NCBI GenBank assembly: GCA_963707985.1
Contig: CAVPRW010000031.1
Coordinates: 64,001 to 128,000 of the forward strand
DNA: 64,000 bases
From: an uncultured Nitrospinota bacterium
GTDB taxonomy: Bacteria > Tectomicrobia > Entotheonellia > J063 > CAVPRW01
Reading direction: 5' to 3'
The notes beneath the pieces were generated by a model. It ran no database searches, was not told where the DNA came from, and saw nothing but the letters and a program-made list of their open reading frames with translations. The translations under genes were made by a program, and so were the position numbers. Positions within the stretch are counted from its first letter, which is position 1; every line of letters begins with the position of its first letter. Below are positions 9,880 to 19,082 of this stretch, piece by piece.

Positions 9880-11085
9880 ATGGTCAATGATTCCCACCAA
9901 GCGGACTTCCTGACGGCCGCCAGGACGGCGTTAGTTCTCCTCTTCCTAGGTTTTTTGGTGTCGTGTGCGCACGTCCAGGCAGTCTTGGCAGCGAAACACC
10001 CCAAAAGAGCGGCTTGCTCGGCATCAGTTCCCGAGCTGTTCGATCGCGTCTCGCCATCAGTAGTTTTCATCGCTGCCACTACGATCAACCCTTATCAACT
10101 CTCAGACCGTGTCAGCCATATCGTGGGAACAGGGTTTATCTATGACTCCTCAGGGCTGATTCTGACCAATAGCCATGTGGCATTCGGTCGTCAATCGATC
10201 ATGGTAACGCTGGATGACGGGACCAGCGCATCGGCACAACTGGTGGGAGCGGACCCGATCTTTGACGTAGCCGTTCTGCGTATCGCTCACCCTCAGGGAG
10301 GAAGACTGCCCACGGCGGCATTGGGCGATTCCGATGGTGTCCGCATCGGTGAGGAAGTTTTGGCCATTGGCAACCCTTTAGGGCTGGATCAGAGTGTGAC
10401 CCGCGGGATTGTGTCGGCGCTGAATCGAATCCTTCCCGAAACGCCGTTTTCGCTTGAGGAGCCGCTCATTCAGACCGATGCCGCCATGAACCCGGGCAAT
10501 TCCGGTGGGCCATTGCTAAATCGCTGCGGCGAGGTCATCGGGATCAGCACCGCCATCATCGCTGACGCCGCGAATATCAGCTTCGCCATTCCCATAAATC
10601 TAGCAAAGGCTGTGCTCCCCTCGTTGCTCGCCCATGGCCGTGTCATTCGCCCCTGGATCGGTTTCCACGGGCAGCTCATCGATGGAGTGCTGTTAGACCT
10701 CTTGCGCATTCCTCTCGCTGAGGGGCTGCTAGTTGAAGCGGTCGAACCGGGCTCACCAGCCGATCATGCAGGGCTGCGGGGTGGACAGATTGAAGTCGCC
10801 ATCGGTGAGCACGATTTTCTCATCGGCGGCGACATCATTCTGAGCATCAACGGTATGCGCCTGGACACGCCTGAGAAGCTCAACAACGTCATGCGGGCCT
10901 TGCAGGTAGGGTCAACAGTCTCACTAAAGGTCTTTCGGGATGGGAAAGAGCGGGATATCCAGTACGTCCTGCCTGAGCGGCCGATTTTACCCGCGGACAT
11001 TGGCCGACAGCGCTTGTTGGCGCCGCTCGCAGGTAGGGTCATCCCTCGTGTGGCCCCCCGAGATTGGCCCACGAGGGGGCGATAA
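9880..11085 (+). CDS. HtrA/DegP-like trypsin serine protease with PDZ domain
   Basis: LTNSHV, DVAVL and NPGNSGGPL triad motifs; C-terminal PDZ (VEPGSPADHAGL, GDIILSING). Confidence 0.92.
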   Translation: MVNDSHQADFLTAARTALVLLFLGFLVSCAHVQAVLAAKHPKRAACSASVPELFDRVSPSVVFIAATTINPYQLSDRVSHIVGTGFIYDSSGLILTNSHVAFGRQSIMVTLDDGTSASAQLVGADPIFDVAVLRIAHPQGGRLPTAALGDSDGVRIGEEVLAIGNPLGLDQSVTRGIVSALNRILPETPFSLEEPLIQTDAAMNPGNSGGPLLNRCGEVIGISTAIIADAANISFAIPINLAKAVLPSLLAHGRVIRPWIGFHGQLIDGVLLDLLRIPLAEGLLVEAVEPGSPADHAGLRGGQIEVAIGEHDFLIGGDIILSINGMRLDTPEKLNNVMRALQVGSTVSLKVFRDGKERDIQYVLPERPILPADIGRQRLLAPLAGRVIPRVAPRDWPTRGR

Positions 11086-11220
11086 GGCTTCAACAGCATG
11101 GTCCCGCGACACTGCAGGGAAACGCCCTGGCCTCGCATCACACCCGATACGAAGCGTCCTGCCATCCCCTACCGAATGGCTCTGAAGGCCGCTTCATGGC
11201 ATGCAGTGTAGCCCTCGGTC

Positions 11221-12405
11221 TTAGGTCGGTGCGAGATTCGTCGCTACATCCTGTCGATAGGATTGGATGGCGGGGATCAGGCCGGCAATGGCCGATAAGA
11301 GGAGCACAGCGCTGACCACCACGACCTCTCCAATCGTGAACGCCGGCCTGATCGCAATCGCGCTGGCTTCATGCAGGTGCGACGCGATATACAGCGCGGC
11401 CAGGTGGCCAGCGATCAAACCAAGAACCGTGCCCCACGCCGCTGTAATTAGTGGCTCCGCTAGGCCGATGACGAATACGGACCCTCGTCCCGCCCCTAAC
11501 GCACGCAGGATTGCGGTCTCGCGTCGTCGTTGGGCACCTACGGCGTAGCTCCCCAAGAACACCGTCGCGGCTCCCATGATCAGCGCCAGATAGCAGACCT
11601 TGGTGAGAATAGCCTGGCCTTGCCCGAGAAAATCGAACAGACGGGCCATCCCTTGCCCTGTCAGCACAGCCTGGGCAACCGTGCTCTGATTGATTTCCTG
11701 GTGGAGCTGGTAGAACTCCTTGATGCCCACAGGCCGTATCATGGCCGCGGTAATCTCTCGTGCCGTGTCATCGTGGACATCCCAATAGCTGTCGAGTGGT
11801 ACGAAGATGGCGCGGTCGAGGGGAGTATCACTCGGCTTCAGCATGCCCACGATCGTGTAGCGCGCCTGATGTGTCTCTCCGAGAACTCCCTCAAGCAGTC
11901 CGTGCTGACTTTGAAAGGTGTCCTGCAGGCCCATGCGCCATTTGGCGGCAACTTGAGCGCCAAGCACGGCCTCAAAGGTGCTCTCGAAGGCGCGACCTTG
12001 GGCCACAGCGAAATACGGCTGCTTGCTGGCAGGATCTGCCAACACGAAGAACTCACGACCGACGCCGACGATGCGGAAACCCCTCACGCTATCGCCCATC
12101 GCCAACGGAATGGCATCGGCAACTCGCGGATCACGGCGCAGCGCCTCGAAATAGTCGAGCGGAATGTTGCCCACGGGCGCGTCTTGCAGAAGGATGGTGC
12201 TCATAATCAGCTGGGTTGGGCTCCCCTTCGCCCCTACCAGTAAATCGAATGGGCGGCTAGCGCGCACGAGACCGTCTTCCATGGCCTGAGACAGGAGCAA
12301 CACGGTGATCGCCAGTGCCACCGCTGTCCCAAGGATGGCGGCGGTGACCATCGTCAGCACTGGTTGGAACAGGACGTTGCGCCATGCGATACGCAGTTCA
12401 GACAT
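11221..12405 (-). CDS. MacB/FtsX-like ABC transporter permease
   Basis: N-terminal TM, DLLVGAKGSPTQL periplasmic motif, His-containing insert (QHGLLEGVLGETH), RRRETAILRALGA plus three TMs. Confidence 0.88.
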   Translation of the reverse strand: MSELRIAWRNVLFQPVLTMVTAAILGTAVALAITVLLLSQAMEDGLVRASRPFDLLVGAKGSPTQLIMSTILLQDAPVGNIPLDYFEALRRDPRVADAIPLAMGDSVRGFRIVGVGREFFVLADPASKQPYFAVAQGRAFESTFEAVLGAQVAAKWRMGLQDTFQSQHGLLEGVLGETHQARYTIVGMLKPSDTPLDRAIFVPLDSYWDVHDDTAREITAAMIRPVGIKEFYQLHQEINQSTVAQAVLTGQGMARLFDFLGQGQAILTKVCYLALIMGAATVFLGSYAVGAQRRRETAILRALGAGRGSVFVIGLAEPLITAAWGTVLGLIAGHLAALYIASHLHEASAIAIRPAFTIGEVVVVSAVLLLSAIAGLIPAIQSYRQDVATNLAPT

Positions 12406-13114
12406 CTTCCCTGCCAACCGTCAGCAGGTTGGTTGGCCTCCCATTCAAACGCTCGACCCTGTCGAAGCTCGCCAGTAAACCGTGATCGTGGGTCGCCACC
12501 AAAACGATCTTACCACCGGTTTTGGCCTCCACCAGCAGGTGGTTGAGGACCACCTCGCGTGTCTCCTGGTCGACGCTAGCTGTGGGCTCATCGGCCAAGA
12601 TCACTTGTGGAGCATTGGCCAGTGCCCGTGCCACACCCACGCGCTGCTGCTCTCCAGCGCTCAACTGCCCAGGCTTATGACGCATGCGGTTAGCCAGCCC
12701 CAGCCTGGAAAGCAGCAGACGAGCTCTCTCCTGTCGCTCTGAAGCGGGTATGACCTGGGACAAATCCATGGCAATGCGGACGTTCTCAAGGGCGCTAAAT
12801 GCGGGCAGCAGGTTGAACGCCTGAAAGACGTAGCCAATGGTCCGTGCCCTGAAGCGGTCGCGCGCTCTCTCACTGAGCCTATGGATGGCGGTGCCGTTGA
12901 CCAAGACCTCACCCTGCGATGGGGTCAGTAGACCGGCAATAATGTTAAACAGTGTGGTTTTACCAGACCCACTAGGACCAATGATCGCCACAGTTTCACC
13001 GTGTTTCACCTCGAGTGCAGGCAAATTCAGGGCCGTGACTGTCGTGGCAGCACCGGGCAGGCGAAAGGTTTTCACCAGGTCTCGTACCACAAGTGATGGG
13101 ACATCTGGCATCAC
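12398..13114 (-). CDS. ABC transporter ATP-binding protein (LolD/MacB type)
   Basis: GPSGSGKT, IGYVFQAFNL, LSAGEQQRVGVARAL, ILADEPT. Confidence 0.92.
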   Translation of the reverse strand: MMPDVPSLVVRDLVKTFRLPGAATTVTALNLPALEVKHGETVAIIGPSGSGKTTLFNIIAGLLTPSQGEVLVNGTAIHRLSERARDRFRARTIGYVFQAFNLLPAFSALENVRIAMDLSQVIPASERQERARLLLSRLGLANRMRHKPGQLSAGEQQRVGVARALANAPQVILADEPTASVDQETREVVLNHLLVEAKTGGKIVLVATHDHGLLASFDRVERLNGRPTNLLTVGREDV

Positions 13115-13123
13115 GGTACCCTT

Positions 13124-13783
13124 CTATCGCAACACCTGCACGCCGTCGGCAGCAATGCGCAGCAAGCTGACAAAGCCGGTGGCCTCATCAGTCTTGGTCC
13201 CGATGTCCAACTGTCCGGTCACGCGCACGGCCGCCGCTGTCGGCTGGATGCTCTTACCAAGTGGCATGCGCACAAAGACGATGTCCTCGGGCCATTCGGC
13301 GTCGGATGCACAGAAGGGGCATAATGACAGGGGTACTCGCGTGAGAACGAAGAAATCCAAAGCGGGTTTCAGTGGTGGGGCCATAAAGCCGGTCATCGCT
13401 ACCCGTTGACCATTCAACGTTGCAAGCTTGTCGCTGAACACCAACCCCCTGGAACTACCACCCTTGTACAACTCGGTGAAGAGCAGCGTCGCGTCATTGG
13501 CCGCGGACGCCCGTGTTCCCTCCGCTAACTGGAACTCAGGCGATAGGCGCACTGCCGCCAACAGCCGGGCCTTTGCCGTCGCGGGTGCAAGGGTATCGAT
13601 GGCCCAGCGCCAAGCCTGTGCGCCGGCAGTGAACAGCACGATGAGGCCAAGTACCCCCACGACGCTGCCGATCACGAGCGTCATTTTCCCCCAACTCGTC
13701 TTTCGCACAGATCCCATCGGCGCGCACCCGCTATCAATGGTCGACGGTGGCTCGGCGCCGGGCACCGCACTCAGGGGTCGCAT
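13124..13783 (-). CDS. Membrane-anchored CxxC protein, DUF3299/ZrgD-like
   Basis: Single TM; LNGQRVAMTGFMAPPL...FFVLTRVPLSLCPFC...VRVTGQL...GFVSL; true start uncertain. Confidence 0.65.
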   Translation of the reverse strand: MRPLSAVPGAEPPSTIDSGCAPMGSVRKTSWGKMTLVIGSVVGVLGLIVLFTAGAQAWRWAIDTLAPATAKARLLAAVRLSPEFQLAEGTRASAANDATLLFTELYKGGSSRGLVFSDKLATLNGQRVAMTGFMAPPLKPALDFFVLTRVPLSLCPFCASDAEWPEDIVFVRMPLGKSIQPTAAAVRVTGQLDIGTKTDEATGFVSLLRIAADGVQVLR

Positions 13784-13786
13784 CGA

Positions 13787-15652
13787 CTATTGGCCGCCAA
13801 GAAGACTGGCCAGAGGGGAAGGCCCTTGGCGTGCATCGAGCCTCAAGGCATTGACGATGGCGAAGAACAATTCGGTGTTGTCGATGGTTTTGTGGAACTG
13901 TTCCGCCCCCGGACCACTCGCCGTGAGCGGGACATCCTCGACCGAGTGCACTGCGTTATTCGCGCTCCACGGCAGGTTACCAGTCTGCAGTTCACCGTCT
14001 CCGTTGCGCTGCTTATTCGCCACCCACTTGTCCCCCTCCTGAACGGTGGGCGAGAGGGGTTCCTGGTTGACTTTGTAATTCTCGTAGAACTCGGGATGAT
14101 TCGCCCAGTGGATGGACAGCGGTCGTGTCACGTCGACCTTATCCGGGAAACCGTTGCCATCGTTATCTTGATAGTCCGGAAATTTGGCATCGGCATAGAC
14201 ACGAACGGCCTCGCGACCCTTTTTGCCATCGCCCTCCCAGTAGGTACCGGTGATGCTCATGCCATGTGCATGGTCGGCGGTGACGATGATCAGCGTGTTC
14301 TGGCCATTCGCGGCGGCCCAGCGCTTGGCCACGCCGACGGCCTTGTCCATCTCGATGGTGTCCCAGATGGTCCGCTCCCAATCGAGCAGGTGGGCTTGCT
14401 TATCGATCGAGGCACCTTCGACCATCAAGAAAAACCCCTGGGGATTCTTGCCGAGGATTTTAAGCGCCGTTTCCGTCATCTCCCACAGCATCGGCTGGTC
14501 GGTGAACGTCTTCAACACGGCGTCCTTCTTGATCACCGCTTTATCCAGATAGACATTCATATTGCCAAGATGGAAGAGGCCTAGCAGTTTCGCTGGATCA
14601 TCGGCCACTTGCAACTCGCTGCGGGTGCCGACGAACTTATAGCCTTTCTCTTCGAATTCCTTAATCAAGTCACGGTTATCTTTGCGCCGTGATCCTGGAG
14701 TACTCTGCGGCAGGAGGGAGGCCGAGCCGCCACCCATGATGACAGCAGGCATCTGCGCTGGGTTCAGCATCTGATCCATGATACTGATGTATTCAGCTCT
14801 CCGGCGAGTATGAGCGAACATCGCAGCTGGCGTGGCATCCTGTATCTCCGCCGTGGTGACGAGACCGAATCCCATCTGGCGCGTGCGTTTGACCATTTCG
14901 CCGATGGTCTCGACTCTGGGATCGTCGTTCGGATCGCTCGTGTTATCGGGGTACACACCCATCGCATTCACGACCGACTTGTGGCCTGTCGCATAGGCCG
15001 AGGCGGAGTTCGCGGAGTCGGTGGCAATAGAGTCCATCCCCGAGGTGGTCACTGCAGCATAATACTCCATGTCATCCATCTCGAGCAGCGAATTGTACTT
15101 CCCTTCCTTCATCCCGCGTGAGACGATGCGGGCAGCTGTCCGCATCGGCAGGCTCATACCATCTCCGATGAACAAGATGACGTTTTTCGCCTGCTGGGGG
15201 GTAGGCTGTGCATCAACGACTTCGTATTCGACGGTCCTCGACAGCTGGACGCCCCCGGCCATGGCCGTTGCCGTCACCTGATGCCGGCCAGCCTCGCCCA
15301 ACGCCACATCTCTAAAGGTCTGCTCCTGACTGCTTGCTGAGCTGTTGGTGATTTGTCCGGGCTTGCCGAAAAGGGACTCCGCGGGCTTGCCATCGATCGT
15401 TATTCCCCAAGCGGTAGGCTTCTCGGCCAGGGCGTTGGCTTCAACGCGCAAGTCAAACCTCTGACCCGCGAGGAATTTCGCGCGATCGATCGGCAGGATA
15501 GTCATGGACGGTTCGGCAGCATAGGCTGGAGGAGTGGTCGATAGGAGAGCGACAGTGCAGAACACTGCTAGCGCCAGGTGCGTCAGCACCTCTGCAACAG
15601 GTTGGTTGAGCGTTGCAAGGGTCGTTCTTCTCATCGTCCGATTGTCTTTCAT
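13787..15652 (-). CDS. phoA: Alkaline phosphatase (PhoA family) with extra N-terminal domain
   Basis: NVILFIGDGM, DSANSASAYATG (catalytic Ser), DATPA, VEGASIDKQAH, TADHAH, VHSVEDV metal ligands; signal peptide; about 100-aa extension before the catalytic domain. Confidence 0.9.
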   Translation of the reverse strand: MKDNRTMRRTTLATLNQPVAEVLTHLALAVFCTVALLSTTPPAYAAEPSMTILPIDRAKFLAGQRFDLRVEANALAEKPTAWGITIDGKPAESLFGKPGQITNSSASSQEQTFRDVALGEAGRHQVTATAMAGGVQLSRTVEYEVVDAQPTPQQAKNVILFIGDGMSLPMRTAARIVSRGMKEGKYNSLLEMDDMEYYAAVTTSGMDSIATDSANSASAYATGHKSVVNAMGVYPDNTSDPNDDPRVETIGEMVKRTRQMGFGLVTTAEIQDATPAAMFAHTRRRAEYISIMDQMLNPAQMPAVIMGGGSASLLPQSTPGSRRKDNRDLIKEFEEKGYKFVGTRSELQVADDPAKLLGLFHLGNMNVYLDKAVIKKDAVLKTFTDQPMLWEMTETALKILGKNPQGFFLMVEGASIDKQAHLLDWERTIWDTIEMDKAVGVAKRWAAANGQNTLIIVTADHAHGMSITGTYWEGDGKKGREAVRVYADAKFPDYQDNDGNGFPDKVDVTRPLSIHWANHPEFYENYKVNQEPLSPTVQEGDKWVANKQRNGDGELQTGNLPWSANNAVHSVEDVPLTASGPGAEQFHKTIDNTELFFAIVNALRLDARQGPSPLASLLGGQ

Positions 15653-15775
15653 CGCTGTTCTTCCTTTGCTTAGGTTTGGTATGTGGTGGATCGGGGTCTC
15701 CTGCGGCATTGGGTGGTTGGAAGCAGCTTCTACCTCTCTCCAGGGCAACGAGGTATGTGGATATGGTCCTTGTAG

Positions 15776-15818
15776 AGGATATGATCAGTATATTACGAGG
15801 TAATGAACTCCGTGTAAA
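15776..15818 (-). promoter_or_regulatory. PHO-box-like promoter of the phoA operon
   Basis: Minus-strand half-sites TTTAC/TTCAT/GTAAT at 11-bp period (15814, 15803, 15792), 10-nt gap, -10 TATCCT (15776-15781). Confidence 0.55.
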
Positions 15819-15923
15819 TTTTTACGTAGGCGATATGGAATGGATCTCTTTAGTGCAACATTTCGAGGGATCGTGCAAATAACCCCTGTATCAACTGGCC
15901 CAAGGCACCCCCCCCTGAATCTG

Positions 15924-16925
15924 CTAATGCACTATGTCGAGGAGTCGTGCGAAAATCCTCAGGATGGTTGCGATCACAGGAGGAATGGGATCTGGGTAAG
16001 TGATGTGCACGGGAGTCGCCCGCTCAATCCAGCGGGTCAGCCCGTCGACAGACAAGGTCCTCTCTGTGCTGATCCCCATCTGTCTCAGGGCTGCTGCGTT
16101 GCAGGCTTGCTCATATTGCCCCCACATGGGGATGGCCAGCAACTTCTTGCCCAGGTGGAGGGCCTCGGCTGGGGTTTCAAACCCGCTGCCGCACACCAGA
16201 CCTTCACACCCCGCCATACTGTGCGTAAAGGCGTCAGCTTCCACGGGGGCAAGGGTAATGCCACCTTGTGTATACGGCTGCCCACGATAGCGCTTCGAAA
16301 AGGTCTCCCATCGCACAGGCACCTGGCTCAGCACTTGGATCACCGTGGTGTCATCATAGGCTGGCAGGTAGACGGTATAGTGCCCCCGATGCGTGACCTC
16401 CGTCTCGCGTACGGCCTGGCGAACAATGGGCGTCTGAATCCAAGACTCATACGGCTGGAAGTGGAAGGCGATGGCCTTCTCTGTTGGCGCATACCAGCGC
16501 ATTAGCCATTCCGCAACGGGGTTTCGTCGGGGCGGGCGTGGCACCAATGGCGAGAGAAACGCGGCATGATGGCTCACGGCCAGGCAGGGGTGATGGCGAA
16601 TCCTGGCTGCCCACGCCGTTACAGGCTCAAAATCGCTGATGATCAGGTCAAAAGCCTGTGCCGGAACCTGCCTGACGTCAGCTAGGAACTGGGCAAGATC
16701 GAGGCGCCCCCACGACTCCAGATACCCTACACGTCCCGCCGTCCCAAAGGCCAACTCAATTCCACGCACGTGATGGATAGGCACATCAAGTCCTAAGGAC
16801 ACTTCATGCATCCCGCCGCTGATGAGGACCTCGACATCTGCCACAGCCATCAGGGCCCGGACAATCTCCCGAGAGCGCGAGAGATGGCCGTTACCGGTCC
16901 CCTGAATACCGAACAGGATCTTCAT
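15924..16925 (-). CDS. Glycosyltransferase (MJ1255/VC2487-type, GT-B)
   Basis: MKILFGIQGTGNGHLSR, IISDFEP, CGSGFETPAEALHLGKKLLAIPMWGQYEQ. Confidence 0.88.
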   Translation of the reverse strand: MKILFGIQGTGNGHLSRSREIVRALMAVADVEVLISGGMHEVSLGLDVPIHHVRGIELAFGTAGRVGYLESWGRLDLAQFLADVRQVPAQAFDLIISDFEPVTAWAARIRHHPCLAVSHHAAFLSPLVPRPPRRNPVAEWLMRWYAPTEKAIAFHFQPYESWIQTPIVRQAVRETEVTHRGHYTVYLPAYDDTTVIQVLSQVPVRWETFSKRYRGQPYTQGGITLAPVEADAFTHSMAGCEGLVCGSGFETPAEALHLGKKLLAIPMWGQYEQACNAAALRQMGISTERTLSVDGLTRWIERATPVHITYPDPIPPVIATILRIFARLLDIVH

Positions 16926-17066
16926 CGCAGCCTCCCACAGGCAATCCAGTGCGCAACATCAAGGCAGCACCTGGAGAGGCTGAGCGTGCGGTGATGCGAT
17001 CATCGTCGTGACCAGAGCCGTGCTCCAGCACACAGGCAGGTATGTGGCCCTAGCGATCACGAGCAT

Positions 17067-17750
17067 CTAGAACACCTCACGCAGCTCGACATGCTCACCC
17101 TTGACGGCGATATAGCTGGACGGCATATCGGTCCAGCATCCGGTATTCCAATAGGTGGCCGTGCCCACCGTCTTCGTCATGGCTACATGGGTATGGCCAC
17201 AGAAGACGTGGGATGCTTGCCGTGTGCCGGCATACGTTAGTGCCCGATCCGCCACCTGTTGACTGAGGCGCAGCCAGCGCTTGCTGAGGCGCTTGAGCCG
17301 CCTGGCCAGCCAGCGTTGCCTGCAGCGATGCTGAAGACTGTGATACCCCCAGGTCGCTAGGTCGCTGATCCACGGATGATCAACGAGGAAGTGGTCAAAT
17401 TGATGGCCATGCAGGGCCAGCATCGTGAGACCCGCCTGGGTCCAGGTATACGTCTGATAGACCGGGACACCCAGGAAGTGCGAGGTGATCTCACTCAACC
17501 CCCAATCATGATTGCCTTCCACCCAGACGACCTGCACGTGATCGGAGAGCTGGCGAATCCGTGACAACACGTGCCAGTGGGACTTCTTCAGGCGGCGGAA
17601 ATTCAGATCATCAAAGATATCGCCAAGGAGGATGAGATGATCATAGGTTTCCGCCTCAAGGGTATCAAGCAGGGCCTTGGCCCGACAGACATGACTGCCA
17701 AGGTGTACGTCACTGACGATCAGGGTGTTATGGATGGGTAGGGGAAACAT
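17067..17750 (-). CDS. Metallophosphoesterase, LpxH-like / PlcP-like
   Basis: SDVHLG, LGDIFD, EGNHD, HGHQFD, CGHTH, NTGCW calcineurin-like motifs. Confidence 0.85.
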   Translation of the reverse strand: MFPLPIHNTLIVSDVHLGSHVCRAKALLDTLEAETYDHLILLGDIFDDLNFRRLKKSHWHVLSRIRQLSDHVQVVWVEGNHDWGLSEITSHFLGVPVYQTYTWTQAGLTMLALHGHQFDHFLVDHPWISDLATWGYHSLQHRCRQRWLARRLKRLSKRWLRLSQQVADRALTYAGTRQASHVFCGHTHVAMTKTVGTATYWNTGCWTDMPSSYIAVKGEHVELREVF

Positions 17751-17784
17751 TGGTCATCCCTCCATGCAGAACGTTCTGGTGGGT

Positions 17785-17838
17785 AGTATGGCAGGTCCAG
17801 GTGACGCGGCGATCACTTCGAGGTGACGGGGAGGTTAA
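17785..17838 (-). promoter_or_regulatory. PHO-box-like promoter of the phosphoesterase-glycosyltransferase operon
   Basis: Minus-strand half-sites TTAAC/GTCAC/GTGAT/GTCAC at exact 11-bp period (17834, 17823, 17812, 17801), 10-nt gap, -10 CATACT (17785-17790). Confidence 0.7.
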
Positions 17839-17919
17839 ATTTAATACGTTGAACCCTCTGTGTTATCAAACGAACCCATGGCTGAAGCCACGATGGCACG
17901 CGACATAGCAGGGCCTCTC

Positions 17920-18190
17920 TCAAGGTTCACACCCGGTCGGTGAGCCCAGCAGCCATCGCCAGGGGCCCGAAGACCACCCGGTGGCTGACACGAACCTGAC
18001 GTCCGCGCCGATACGTTTTGCCCACCTGGGCATAGCCCAGGGCCGGCAGCGGCATCCAGGGGGGCTTCGGGGTTGGGCCTTTGGCTGATTGACGAGGTGG
18101 CTGCACCCAGTGACTACACTGGGCCAGTAGTGCTGTGGAGTAGTCCTTGAAGCCATCGCTGAGGAACAACGGGATACACCCAGGTACCCC
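17920..18190 (-). mobile_element. Degenerate IS1-like transposase fragment
   Basis: PLFLSDGFKDYSTALL...WVQPPR...GPTPKPPWMPLPALGYAQVGKTYRR...VSHRVVFG internal transposase segment. Confidence 0.65.
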
Positions 18191-18507
18191 CCCGTCGCCT
18201 CCCATGCGTTCCGGGGCGCGACGCGACCTCACCCCAGCTCATTTGACATGTTCGGGGGTTGGACAAAAATAGCCAATAAGTTCCGATCTTCATTGTGTCT
18301 CATCGCACCGTCCCTCCAGTTACCCTTATTCTGCGCCTCAGAGATGTCCTGGTGGTGATTTCAAGGAAGGACCGATTGTTGAGAGCATCCGCAAGTAATG
18401 ATTTATCAAGGCGATCTCGTCTAGCGTACAAAATTTCTCCAATTCTTCGGGAAAGCCAGATACAGGTCACGGTTCCAGAGGCGTGACACTTCCATGAAGT
18501 GACCGGC

Positions 18508-19038
18508 TTACACCACGAGCTGGCTTGCGAGCTGGTCAACGTAACGCAGCGTCACCGCCGTCATCTCTTCCATCGTCAGATTGCTGATGGGGTGGGGCAA
18601 CTCAATAAGCGGATGGCCTTCCATACCTTTCGCTCGAAACTGGAATATGGCCGCTTTCTTGAAGGCTGCCGTAATCACGACGGTGGCCGGAATGCCCCGT
18701 TTCTCGAATTCGATGGTGTCGTGCACACTGCACAACGTGCAGGATCCTCACCCGCCGACGGCGGCGACGGCGACCTGTACCTCCTTGGCGATCTCATCAA
18801 TCAAGGCATCGGTCGCAGGCTTGGAGTAGTGCTCCTTGCGCTTGATGATGACGCGGGACACACCGTAGCGCTCGCACAAGGCGTCGGCAATGGTTTGCAG
18901 AATGACGGCACCCTGTTCCTTGGTGTTGTCGATCATGCCGACGGCTTTGCCGGCAAGGTCCATAGGCCTTGGGGCCATCACGATCTTCGCCTTGCTGCCG
19001 CCTACGGTCGGGTCGATGAATTCAAGGGTATTGTCCAT
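18508..19038 (-). CDS. UGSC-family selenoprotein (Sec at TGA 18748-18750, codon 97; 176 aa)
   Basis: ORFs 18748..19065 and 18508..18735 are in frame; junction reads AVGG-U-GSCTLCSVHD; AGGAG RBS before ATG 19038; hairpin 3' of the TGA. Confidence 0.88.
18718..18736 (-). promoter_or_regulatory. Putative bacterial SECIS hairpin
   Basis: mRNA UGA-GGAUCCUGCAC-GUUGUGCA-GUG-UGCACGAC: 8-bp stem with G-starting loop, starting 11 nt after UGA. Confidence 0.6.
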
Positions 19039-19082
19039 GCGTGTCTCCTGCCAATCGTTCTTCAAGTCGATTCGTGTGCTGC

